From an uncultured Spirochaetota bacterium (GTDB lineage Bacteria > Spirochaetota > Brevinematia > Brevinematales > JAOACQ01): DNA of 64,000 nt. Under the pieces are notes generated by a model. That model saw nothing but the letters and a program-made list of their open reading frames with translations, ran no database searches and had not been told where the DNA came from. The translations under genes were made by a program, and so were the position numbers. Within the stretch, counting starts at the first letter, position 1, and each line of letters starts with the position of its first letter. The stretch lies in contig CAWAOD010000009.1 in the NCBI GenBank assembly GCA_963783575.1, positions 64,001-128,000 on the forward strand, given 5' to 3'. Shown here piece after piece: positions 42,702 to 51,801 of the stretch.

Positions 42702-42986
42702 GTGCCATTAATTAAATCTGCCAAAAAGAGAATGAGGCAGGAAGGTAAACGTAAAGGAAGAAATAAGGCTTTGAAGAGTTTTATGAAAAATTTAAAGAAA
42801 AAGACCCTATCTATATTAAATGATGAAAATGCAAAAAAAGAAAATGTAATAACGGCTTTAAATTATTATAAATCTAAGCTGGATAAAGCCTGGGCTCAAG
42901 GCATAAATAAAAGGAATAAATCTTCCAGGTTAAAATCAAGAATTGATCTTTCTTTTGCAGTCAAGTTTCCTGTTGAAAAAAAGTAG
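42702..42986 (+). CDS. rpsT: 30S ribosomal protein S20
   Basis: IKSAKKRMRQ..RN...KS; DKA..G...NK.SRLKSR. Confidence 0.93.
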   Translation: MPLIKSAKKRMRQEGKRKGRNKALKSFMKNLKKKTLSILNDENAKKENVITALNYYKSKLDKAWAQGINKRNKSSRLKSRIDLSFAVKFPVEKK

Positions 42987-42996
42987 GAGGAATAAA

Positions 42997-43314
42997 ATGG
43001 GTAAAAGTAAAATGACGAAGTCCGATATAGTGGATGTTGTTTTTGAAGATTCGGAAATTAAAGAATACGGGATGTCAAGAAAAGAAGTTGGGGCAGTAAT
43101 TGCCAAATTTGTTGAAAAACTGAGGGAAGCTATAGAGAATCTGGATGAAGACGATAGAATAGAACTTAGAGGATTTGGGACATTTGGAATAAAGAAAAGA
43201 AAAGCAAGAATTGCCAGGAATCCGAAAACCGGCGAAGAAGTTAAAGTACCGGAAAGAAAGTCTCCATTTTTTAAAGCCGGAAGGGAAATGAAACAAACAA
43301 TTATGAATAGCTGA
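42997..43314 (+). CDS. hup: HU/IHF-family DNA-binding protein
   Basis: IELRGFGTF, ARNPKTGE, FKAG; RBS AGGAGG before ATG 42997. Confidence 0.92.
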   Translation: MGKSKMTKSDIVDVVFEDSEIKEYGMSRKEVGAVIAKFVEKLREAIENLDEDDRIELRGFGTFGIKKRKARIARNPKTGEEVKVPERKSPFFKAGREMKQTIMNS

Positions 43315-43361
43315 TTATGTTAGTAATTTTTTACTTTGAATTATAAGCATTGAATTCTTAT

Positions 43362-43392
43362 TAAAAAGCCTGTTGATAGCAGGCTTTTTTTA
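43362..43392 (+). terminator. Intrinsic terminator after hup
   Basis: AAAAAGCCTG-loop-CAGGCTTTTTTT. Confidence 0.8.
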
Positions 43393-43471
43393 TTTAAGAA
43401 TAAATTTATATCTTCCGATAAACAAAATAGTAAATTTTAACCTGATGCATAGATGTTAAAGAGAGTATTAT

Positions 43472-44650
43472 ATGATAACTGAAGAGATATATAGAGACGA
43501 AAAAGAAATAATAAAAGTCATTTCGATTATTTGCGCAAATCAGGCTATGGGTGTGTTTAAAGACAGGGACATTCAATTTAATGTGAGGTTTAAAGAATAT
43601 AGAAACGGACAAATTCAACTCGGTAATATCGAATCCTCGAAAGTCGGCTTGAATCTTGATTCATATATGATGAGGCCGATGGAAGCTGAAGTTAATCTTG
43701 GAGCCAGCATCTATTTATTTACGGCAATACCGGTTACGGCAAAGTCTATTTCTATGCCTGAAGAGATAAGGTCTCATCCGAAACGGAAAAATGTGAGAAT
43801 TAAAGTATCTGGTAATCCTTTCATTTCGAAAATGTATGCTTTGGTTTCAGTTAAGGTTGTCGATCCTACAATCCAGGATGAAGAATTGTCGAAAAAAATA
43901 CATCTTATAATGAATACAATAGAAAGTACTTTGGTTAGATCCGAAAATTACGATATAGCTAAAATATCTCTTTATGACGGAACGGAAAAAAGCACTGTTG
44001 CAAAATTAATCAAAAAATATCAGAAACCTTTTGTTGTTTTTGACACGACAAACCTTTCCATTAAAGATGAAACTATTCTCAGTTATGAGGAGTATGTGAA
44101 ATTTTTGAGTGAGGAAGGAGCCAATTTTAATGATATATTATCACAGCTTGATAAAATAAAAGAATTCTACCAGAAAAATAAGATTAAAAGTGAAGCGGTT
44201 GTTCCGCTGATTTTTGAGGAAGAAGTAATAGGTCAAATCCGTGTAGTTTCTTTAAAAGAACAAATCCTAAAGCCGAATGTAATGAGACTGAACACACTTT
44301 CATTGAACGCGGTGGACAACCTGTTTACAAAATGTTCTTTTGAAGTGGTTTCAAAAGAACCTCAGACAATGCTTGATATGGGCGTGAATGGCGCAAAATT
44401 TATGATTACGGAACCCGATTTATACAAATATGTAAGGCTAATGCGCCGTATTTATCTCCAGCTTTATTTCCCGGATGAAACTGTGATTAAAACCATGGCA
44501 ACAATAGTCAATGTTTATGACGATACCATCGACGGTTATAAAGTAATCGGTGTTAAATTTTCCATGAATATCGATTGGAAAGATAAAAATAAACTCGATG
44601 AATTTATTCAGAGTGTTGTCCGGCTTCAAAAAAACGACTATTTAGCCTGA
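43472..44650 (+). CDS. PilZ-domain protein (DUF1577-like architecture)
   Basis: KRKNVR (RxxxR) and LDMGVNGAKF...IGVKF PilZ-like barrel. Confidence 0.6.
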   Translation: MITEEIYRDEKEIIKVISIICANQAMGVFKDRDIQFNVRFKEYRNGQIQLGNIESSKVGLNLDSYMMRPMEAEVNLGASIYLFTAIPVTAKSISMPEEIRSHPKRKNVRIKVSGNPFISKMYALVSVKVVDPTIQDEELSKKIHLIMNTIESTLVRSENYDIAKISLYDGTEKSTVAKLIKKYQKPFVVFDTTNLSIKDETILSYEEYVKFLSEEGANFNDILSQLDKIKEFYQKNKIKSEAVVPLIFEEEVIGQIRVVSLKEQILKPNVMRLNTLSLNAVDNLFTKCSFEVVSKEPQTMLDMGVNGAKFMITEPDLYKYVRLMRRIYLQLYFPDETVIKTMATIVNVYDDTIDGYKVIGVKFSMNIDWKDKNKLDEFIQSVVRLQKNDYLA

Positions 44651-44660
44651 AATGCCCTAT

Positions 44661-45427
44661 CTATACCTGATGCTTATAATTGTAAGGAAAATCAAGAAAA
44701 ACCGTATCTATCTTATCCCCAAAAATCATTTTCGTTTCATTCATAAGGGCTTTTACTCCAAAAACCTCGGTTTGATAGTGCCCGGCAAAAATAAGATTTA
44801 AACCGTTTTCCCTGGCCGGATAATCGAACATGCTTTCCCCATTCCCTCTCCGGATATAATCGTAGAAACACCAAGATCAGTGGCCTGGCCAAGAATTGAC
44901 AGCTTCAACCCGCCTGAAGAAACGGCAATTTTCCCGATTAAATCATGGTTATTTTGCAAAAAATCTATCCGCCTTCCTATTTTATCTTTAATTTGGTTTA
45001 TTAATTCATTAAAATTCAGGGGGTTTTCAAATTTACCTATATATGCGGCTTCTCCAAAATCAGAATCCGGAATCGCGCCCAATGATTTTAAAATCTGAAT
45101 GTTATTACCGATTTGCGGATGTTTATCCAGAGGAAGGTGAGAAACGTAAAGGTTTATATTATTTCTCAAAAGAATATCAATCCGTTTTTTATCTATGCCG
45201 GTGATTTTTTTTAATCCGTTCCAGATAAGGCCATGATGGACTATAAGCATATCACACTTGAGTTCGACTGCTTTAACAAATATATCATATCCGCTGTCAA
45301 CCGAGAAAGCGATTCTCCCAATCAAATCACCGCCTTCAATCTGCAGGCCGTTAAAAGTAATATCGCTGTAATTTTCAGGCTTGAGAATGCCGTTAAGAAA
45401 ACCGGTTATCTCATTTCTTGAAACCAC
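44661..45427 (-). CDS. Nif3-like dinuclear metal protein (frameshift near 44820)
   Basis: NGLQIEG, IVHHG, SHLPLD.HP; AGHYQTEVFGV in shifted frame ending at 44661. Confidence 0.88.
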
Positions 45428-45433
45428 AATAAA

Positions 45434-46450
45434 TTATTTCTCCATCTTTCTTCTCTTTTCATATGCGGGAAGTTTTTGATATAGATATACAGCCTTATTA
45501 TGTTCTTCAAGAGTGCTTGAAAAATAATGTGAGCCATCCGGTTTGGCAACAAAATAAAGATATCCGACATCGGTAGGAAAAATAGCCGCTAATATTGATG
45601 CTCTGCCTGGGTTTGCTATTGGCCCGGGCGGCATACCATAATACTTATATGTATTATACTTAGAATCGATATTAAAGTCTTTGAAACCAATGCTGCCGTT
45701 ATAAGTACCGGTAAGAGTCAGGGCATAAATCAATGTAGGATCAGCCTGAAGCCTCATCCCCTTTTTTAAACGGTTGTAATAAACCCCGGCAATGATCGGC
45801 TTTTCAAACTCCTGTTTAGCTTCTTTCTCAATAATAGAAGCCATTATCATCACATTATTCAGTGTTAGACCTTTTTGATGGATTTTAGTCAGAAAATCGT
45901 TGTCAATTATCCTGTTAAAATTATCCAGAAACAGCCTTATAATTTTTTTTTTCTCATAATTAAGGGGGATATAATAAGTATCCGGATACAGATACCCTTC
46001 AAGCGTAGGATTTTTTTTCAAATTAAATTCCGATATTAATTCCTTATCTTTACATGTTTCAAGAAACTCTTCTTCTGAAATAAGCCCGTTTTCAGACAAA
46101 ACGGAAGCAATCTGATAGATATTATATCCTTCAGGGATGGTGATTTTAATCGAAAATGTATCACCTGAAGCAAATTTATCAATCAAATCTATATACCTTT
46201 CCCCTTTTTTTATTTGATAAACGCCGAATTTAAAATTCATGTCCTTCCGCATCAGTTTTGCAAGAATCTGAAATCTTGTTGTGTTTTTAATTATATTCTC
46301 ACTTTTAAGTCTTTTAGTAATATTATGAAATGATTCGCCTTTCTTTATCTCAAATAGAACATTATCCTTATTTACCGTCAATTCCGTAGCACACCCAGCA
46401 ATTGAGAAGCATAAAAAGACAATAAACAAGACCTTCATAAATCCGAGCAT
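45434..46450 (-). CDS. mltG: Endolytic transglycosylase
   Basis: ITIPEG, LEGYLYPDTY, ASIIEKE, LQADPT, YNTY..G.PPGPIANPG. Confidence 0.95.
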   Translation of the reverse strand: MLGFMKVLFIVFLCFSIAGCATELTVNKDNVLFEIKKGESFHNITKRLKSENIIKNTTRFQILAKLMRKDMNFKFGVYQIKKGERYIDLIDKFASGDTFSIKITIPEGYNIYQIASVLSENGLISEEEFLETCKDKELISEFNLKKNPTLEGYLYPDTYYIPLNYEKKKIIRLFLDNFNRIIDNDFLTKIHQKGLTLNNVMIMASIIEKEAKQEFEKPIIAGVYYNRLKKGMRLQADPTLIYALTLTGTYNGSIGFKDFNIDSKYNTYKYYGMPPGPIANPGRASILAAIFPTDVGYLYFVAKPDGSHYFSSTLEEHNKAVYLYQKLPAYEKRRKMEK

Positions 46451-46471
46451 TATCGAAGACCTCCCCTATGA

Positions 46472-46498
46472 CAAAAAACCCCGCTTTTGCGGGGTTTA
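46472..46498 (-). terminator. Intrinsic terminator after the RRM gene
   Basis: AAACCCCGC-TTTT-GCGGGGTTT with an A-run on the plus strand. Confidence 0.8.
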
Positions 46499-46532
46499 TA
46501 AATTAAACATTTTATTAAAAAGTTAATGCAAT

Positions 46533-46826
46533 TTATCTGTTGTAATCCCTTTTATCTCTGCTGTCCCTGTTATTATTCCAGCTTCTCTTCTCATCTCTCG
46601 GCCTGGCTTCATCAATCCTGAGAGGCCTGCCTAGAAAATCCTGTCCGTTTAAAGCATTCATGGCATTTTCGGCTTCCTGGGTAGTGCCCATTTCAACGAA
46701 ACCGAACCCTTTGCCTTCCATCACTTTTGCATACTTAACTTCACCGTACCCGGCAAACAATTCATTGAGCTGTTCTGTGGTGATACCATACTTTAAATTC
46801 CCTACATACAACTTACTACCTTGCAT
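46533..46826 (-). CDS. RRM-domain RNA-binding protein
   Basis: LYVGNL (RNP2), KGFGFVEM (RNP1). Confidence 0.93.
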   Translation of the reverse strand: MQGSKLYVGNLKYGITTEQLNELFAGYGEVKYAKVMEGKGFGFVEMGTTQEAENAMNALNGQDFLGRPLRIDEARPRDEKRSWNNNRDSRDKRDYNR

Positions 46827-46869
46827 TTATCTTACTCCTATAAAATATTTCAACAATAATAATTAATAA

Positions 46870-47223
46870 TTATTTGCCGGAAGTATGCATATGTTTTTTA
46901 CATTTTTCAGCATATGGAATGACTTCAAGACGTTCATCTTCAATTTCTGCTCCGCAAATAATGCACTTACCGAAAGTATTATCTTTAACCCTTTGTATAG
47001 CGCGCCTTATATCCTCAATAACTTTTTTTTGAGATGCAGATAAGCCTTCGTTTATGGTAGCAGAACTGAAAGCCTCTGCCCGGTCAACCAGATCACCGTC
47101 AATCTCAAACGGATTCTCTTCTTCGCTTGTTTCACTTTTTATATTATCAAGTATCTCATTTTCCATATCAATCAACTTTTGACGATAATACTTCAATTTT
47201 TCAGGATCCATACTATGCTCCAT
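46870..47223 (-). CDS. dksA: DksA/TraR-family zinc-finger protein
   Basis: DLVDRA (DxxDxA), FGKCIICG..I..ERL..IPYA..CKKH. Confidence 0.85.
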   Translation of the reverse strand: MEHSMDPEKLKYYRQKLIDMENEILDNIKSETSEEENPFEIDGDLVDRAEAFSSATINEGLSASQKKVIEDIRRAIQRVKDNTFGKCIICGAEIEDERLEVIPYAEKCKKHMHTSGK

Positions 47224-47471
47224 TAAATATTATCAACAACATTAACAACTTTATGCCCGTTCCTGTCAAAAAACCGGACATAACCATCTTTAATGGCAAA
47301 AATAGTATAATCGGTACCTAAACCGACATTCAGGCCTTTATGAAATTTCGTTCCCCTTTGCCTGACTATTATATTCCCTGCAACAACAAATTGATTAGAA
47401 TATTTTTTCACGCCAAGTCTTTTTGAATGACTATCCCGCCCATTTTTCGCAGTACTCCCGCTAGCCATCAT
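47223..47471 (-). CDS. rpmA: 50S ribosomal protein L27
   Basis: [30 protein letters not shown]. Confidence 0.97.
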   Translation of the reverse strand: MMASGSTAKNGRDSHSKRLGVKKYSNQFVVAGNIIVRQRGTKFHKGLNVGLGTDYTIFAIKDGYVRFFDRNGHKVVNVVDNI

Positions 47472-47778
47472 TTGCCTCCATAATTACTTTTATATTATTT
47501 GAAAATTGCTTTTCCAGGACTATTAGACTTAAAGACATGGAATCAAATAGCAGTTTATCTTTTTCATTATAATCCGTAACTTTTGCTGAATAATATCCCA
47601 CATCTTTTTTAATATCAATCCTGGCTTTACAAAGTTCCTTCTCGCTTAAAACCCAGCTTTCCATAAGAACCGAAACGGAAGAACAAACAATATCGCTTCC
47701 TTTCCTATCAAACAGTGCATGGCCGAAAGCCTCAATAAATAAGAATTTATCGGCCGCTTTTAATTTAATATTAATCAT
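47461..47778 (-). CDS. prp: Ribosomal-processing cysteine protease Prp
   Basis: GHA...G.DIVCSSVS; lies between rplU and rpmA. Confidence 0.88.
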   Translation of the reverse strand: MINIKLKAADKFLFIEAFGHALFDRKGSDIVCSSVSVLMESWVLSEKELCKARIDIKKDVGYYSAKVTDYNEKDKLLFDSMSLSLIVLEKQFSNNIKVIMEANDG

Positions 47779-47799
47779 TAAAATCCAATTAACTTATAT

Positions 47800-48204
47800 T
47801 TATTCGGATTTTCCAGCATTATCAATAGCATCTGCATTAACGTTCTTTTCTGTTTCTTCCGCAGTTTTCGCTGTTTTAGCTTTAGCCGTGCCTAAACTGA
47901 TCCCTGTAACTTCAATTTTTGTGTATTTTTGCCTGTGCCCGGTTTTCCTTCTATAACTCGCTTTTTGTTTATACTTAAAAACATCAAGTTTTTCGCCCTT
48001 GATCAATGGGTCAATAACTTTACCTTCAACAACAGCTTTTTCAACATAAGGCATTCCAATGTGAATGTCTTTGTCTGTTCTAAAAAGTGTAACAGTATTG
48101 AATTTTATTTTTCCGCCGGCTTTTGCCTGCATCAGATCGATTTGTATTTCGCTCCCTTTTTCAACTTTATACTGTTTACTGCCTATTTCAACTATTGCAT
48201 ACAT
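47800..48204 (-). CDS. rplU: 50S ribosomal protein L21
   Basis: MYAIVEIGSKQYKV, GHRQKYT; extended C-terminal tail. Confidence 0.97.
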   Translation of the reverse strand: MYAIVEIGSKQYKVEKGSEIQIDLMQAKAGGKIKFNTVTLFRTDKDIHIGMPYVEKAVVEGKVIDPLIKGEKLDVFKYKQKASYRRKTGHRQKYTKIEVTGISLGTAKAKTAKTAEETEKNVNADAIDNAGKSE

Positions 48205-48259
48205 GACTTTCTCCTTTAACTAATAAATTAAAGCCTATAAAAATACGTTATAAAACCAT

Positions 48260-48308
48260 AGGGCATCGCTAAGCGCTCTTACAAAGCAAGAGTTTATAGT
48301 GATGCCCC
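48260..48308 (-). promoter_or_regulatory. Structured 5' leader of the rplU operon
   Basis: GGGCATCACTA/TAGCGATGCCC outer stem plus CTCTTGC/GTAAGAG inner stem, between promoter and RBS. Confidence 0.65.
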
Positions 48309-48341
48309 TCAATATCTACCAATATAAAATCAAAGTCTAAT

Positions 48342-48370
48342 ATAATAAAACCATACTTTGATTTTGTCAA
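48342..48370 (-). promoter_or_regulatory. Sigma-70 promoter of the rplU operon
   Basis: TTGACA-17 bp-TATTAT. Confidence 0.7.
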
Positions 48371-48465
48371 ATAATAAGTATTGATTACAAATAAATCAAT
48401 ATTAATTCATGATTTTGATAATTAAAATAACTGCGTTTATATTGTTGATAAGATATGAAATGCAA

Positions 48466-49212
48466 TTATTGAAAAGTATTTGTGGGAGATTTTACTTTAA
48501 GAATTTTCCCGCTTTTTATATTTTCTACCAGGTAATTTTCTTCATCCAGTTTTTTTCTAATTACCACATCTGTAATAATAACAATTCCACCATTCCTGTA
48601 AACCAATTCTGCCCTGTTATTTTTAAAGTTTTGAAGAAAAAAATCCTCGTTGTTTATTTTTGAGTCAACCGGTTTAATATTATTACTGATAATATTGCCG
48701 GCAGGCTTTTCATATTTAAAATTAAATTCCGCATTGGTTAAAATTCCAATGGTGTTTGAAAATCCTAAATATGATAGTCTTATAATGGCTGTATTATTTG
48801 AGAAAACTGAATTTAGACCTTTAATTTTAAAATTATTACCGAAATTAAATTCCTCCAATTGCATTTTATTTATTTCAGTTCCCGGGCAATTTGAGATAAT
48901 CATATCTGTCAGCTCGGGAATTTTTGAAAATTGCCTGACAAATTCGATTTTCACTTTTTGCCCGATCAAAACAAAATCTTTAAGACCGGCATTTTTAAGT
49001 CTAATACATAATTCATTGTTGGAATAAAAGATGGAATCATTTATATTAATTGAATTTGTCAAATTTATTTTTTCATCTATTAATTCATTTAAATGGATTA
49101 TTCTTGAGGACGTATAAACTATTTCTTTTAAATGATAAATCTGATCTCCGAAAATTAACTGTATAAAAAACATCAAAACAAACTCATTTATTATAAAAAC
49201 CTTCATACTCAT
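48466..49212 (-). CDS. Exported protein, weakly FlgA-like
   Basis: Signal peptide; LKEIV....IHLNEL N-terminus and LVYRNGGIVII...VENIKSGKIL C-terminus. Confidence 0.35.
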   Translation of the reverse strand: MSMKVFIINEFVLMFFIQLIFGDQIYHLKEIVYTSSRIIHLNELIDEKINLTNSININDSIFYSNNELCIRLKNAGLKDFVLIGQKVKIEFVRQFSKIPELTDMIISNCPGTEINKMQLEEFNFGNNFKIKGLNSVFSNNTAIIRLSYLGFSNTIGILTNAEFNFKYEKPAGNIISNNIKPVDSKINNEDFFLQNFKNNRAELVYRNGGIVIITDVVIRKKLDEENYLVENIKSGKILKVKSPTNTFQ

Positions 49213-49419
49213 ACCATCAATATCCTTATTACTAAGTTAATTATTTAATAATTAAGCTTCCGATCTTCATTATCGGAATAAATATGGTTTTGAAAAGAAA
49301 GATGCACAAACATTAAAATGCATTGTGCAATATGAACTGTGCAAATTGTCAATAAATATTATTTGAAATAAATTTATTTCAATATATAACAATAAAATAA
49401 GCTTTTTATTGAGATAGGT

Positions 49420-49434
49420 TGGCATATAAATTGC
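49420..49434 (+). promoter_or_regulatory. Putative sigma-54 (-24/-12) promoter
   Basis: TGGCATATAAATTGC, exact GG-N10-GC spacing. Confidence 0.55.
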
Positions 49435-49523
49435 CCTATAAAAGCAAAGCCCCCTTAAAATATATTATTTTTTTGAAACCCTTCCCTACCCCCGGGAAGG
49501 GTTTCGCTATTATGGGACTTCTT

Positions 49524-50894
49524 TTAATCTTGTTTATAACGGATTTCATTACCAGCGCTCAAAAAACCACTCTTCACAGTATTATTGCTGTAAAAAGTAA
49601 TCGGTTGCTTATCGCCCGAAATAAAAAAAACGGGTTTATTATCTACAATAAATTCTGTATCAACTGACAGAATTCCTCTTGCAATTTCACCGTTTTCATA
49701 AAACTCAAGCGTATAATCATGCGTTCGTACGGAACTATTATTATCAAATCCAATAATCTCTCCGCCTTTGAAATAAATTTTTCTGTCATTAATCAATATT
49801 TCCGTATCCTTTTCCTTTGATCTGCAATATTTTAAAAATCCTTCCCGATAAAAACAAACCTCAAAATGTGAATCGATAATAATTCTATTTTTCCCGCAAA
49901 TCCATTCGATATCTTTCCGTAAAAAACCCTTCTTGATATTACCATTATCATAGAATTCAATTATGGAATCCGATTTAAAAATTAAATTTTTATTCCCTAA
50001 ATTTACATATGTATCATTATCAAGTATACCATTCATTAGAAATCCATTTAAATAAAAATTAATAACACTGTTATTTTTAAATTGAAATTCCAAACCATTA
50101 ATGAGAATTATTTTCTTACTTATTAAGAAAATCCGGGATATAAAGCCGTTTTTATGAAAATAAACTGTTTCACCGGAGGTTAATTCAAAGGGAATCCCTC
50201 CGGCATTTACATTAGTAATGAAAACGAGTATCCCGCTCCTGATCTCACCGCTATCATATAATGAAATTCTTTTAAAAATAAATTTATTATCATTTAAATT
50301 AAATTCTTCGGGTTTTGATAAAATCATGCCAAAACGTAATCCTCCTTTTTCGTCAATTAATCTGTATCGTCTATAATAAATCTTCCTGCCGTATAAATTC
50401 ACAGTTAATCCTGTAAATAACTGTCCGGGCAGATCAAATAAACCAAGTCCCTTTGTTATAAGTCTTATTATCAAATCAATCGAAAATACAAGTAAAGAGA
50501 TCGTAAATAAGATTATAAATGCCTGACGGTATCGAGAAAGGCCTGTTTCCTGCCTTTTCAAAAGAAAACCGTTATGAGATAGTTCTACAATATCACCGGG
50601 TTTTAAAAGGTTTTTTTTCATATTTTTATCGTAAATAACAGTCCATTTGGAAAAAGAACCGGTTTTGACAATACCCTCGGGATAAAAAATTATTTCCCTC
50701 CCGCTTTTAAAATAAAAACTGCCTATTTTCTCTTCCTTAGATAATATACCGCCGAAAGTGTTATCTGAATTTGTAAAAATACTATTAGAAATAAAATGTA
50801 TTTGATACCCTCTTATATTAAAAACTGCATCATCGGAATAAAGTAAAGAAATTAAATTAACAATTAATAAAATGATAAAAATTAATTTTTTCAA
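49524..50894 (-). CDS. Membrane protein with beta-hairpin (MORN-variant-like) repeats
   Basis: Signal peptide, one TM, repeated (E/S)FYxNGxxxxGxL units. Confidence 0.6.
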   Translation of the reverse strand: MKKLIFIILLIVNLISLLYSDDAVFNIRGYQIHFISNSIFTNSDNTFGGILSKEEKIGSFYFKSGREIIFYPEGIVKTGSFSKWTVIYDKNMKKNLLKPGDIVELSHNGFLLKRQETGLSRYRQAFIILFTISLLVFSIDLIIRLITKGLGLFDLPGQLFTGLTVNLYGRKIYYRRYRLIDEKGGLRFGMILSKPEEFNLNDNKFIFKRISLYDSGEIRSGILVFITNVNAGGIPFELTSGETVYFHKNGFISRIFLISKKIILINGLEFQFKNNSVINFYLNGFLMNGILDNDTYVNLGNKNLIFKSDSIIEFYDNGNIKKGFLRKDIEWICGKNRIIIDSHFEVCFYREGFLKYCRSKEKDTEILINDRKIYFKGGEIIGFDNNSSVRTHDYTLEFYENGEIARGILSVDTEFIVDNKPVFFISGDKQPITFYSNNTVKSGFLSAGNEIRYKQD

Positions 50895-51126
50895 AATGAC
50901 CCTCCGTATTTTTCATTTTTCATTACTGATTCTAATAAAGATAAGATATTTAATCAAATTATAGAATCGCAACAAATTCTGAATATTTTTCAATTGATCA
51001 GGCAATTTAAATTTTTTTAGTTTTTTGTTATAAAGGATTATTTGAAGAAAAAGAAAATTTTTGGAAATTAGAATGCCATTCAAGATTTAATAATGGGCAC
51101 TTCATGAAATTCTTGAACTGCCCAAA

Positions 51127-51801
51127 TCATATTTTAATTATACTGCGGATTAATTGTTTAACCTTAAGGCTCTTTTCGATATCATAAATTTCACGAATCA
51201 CTTTTTTAACCCTTAATTCTTTGCGATTTTTCAGACCTTCTATAATCTCTATCTTAACTGAATCATCAATGCTGGAATACAGCAGCCGGAGGAGATCAAA
51301 TACTGCATAATGCTTGTTCCTGGCCAGAATTGCCCTCACGGCATTTATCTGGACATAAATATTCCTGGAGAAAATAACCATTTTTAAAAGCTCATCCAAA
51401 GGTATCTCCATAATGGCCGTATCCATAACATTCCTATGTTTTACAATATTTTTTCCTCTCAGAAATATTTTTACAAATGATACCGAATATAGCCATTCCC
51501 TGAGTTCCCTGAACTTGAACACAAGGATTTGCGATGTTTGTTTTTTTGCTGCAAGAGATTTGTCATAATCCATTTTCTTTTCCGGGTGAATCAATGTGTT
51601 ATAAGCCGCAGTAATCTCTTCAAATATTTTTGAATTTCCAGTATTGTTATTTTTAAAATCAGACTGTACAGATGATTTTCTTCCGGCGGCAGAATCTTTC
51701 AGATCGGGATGGAATCTTTTGACAAGCTTTCTGTATGCCGCTTTTATTTCTTTTTTATTGCTGCCTTTTGATACGCCCAGAATGTCATAATAAGTTTTCA
51801 T
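51127..51801 (-). CDS. Class C J-domain protein with HEAT-like C-terminus
   Basis: YYDILGV...IKAAYRKL..RFHPD...FEEITAAY..L. Confidence 0.88.
   Translation of the reverse strand: MKTYYDILGVSKGSNKKEIKAAYRKLVKRFHPDLKDSAAGRKSSVQSDFKNNNTGNSKIFEEITAAYNTLIHPEKKMDYDKSLAAKKQTSQILVFKFRELREWLYSVSFVKIFLRGKNIVKHRNVMDTAIMEIPLDELLKMVIFSRNIYVQINAVRAILARNKHYAVFDLLRLLYSSIDDSVKIEIIEGLKNRKELRVKKVIREIYDIEKSLKVKQLIRSIIKI

Noticed and set aside
49419..49667. 82-aa plus-strand ORF as the target of the sigma-54 promoter
   Set aside because: Its TTG start lies inside the promoter motif itself and it overlaps the opposite-strand gene
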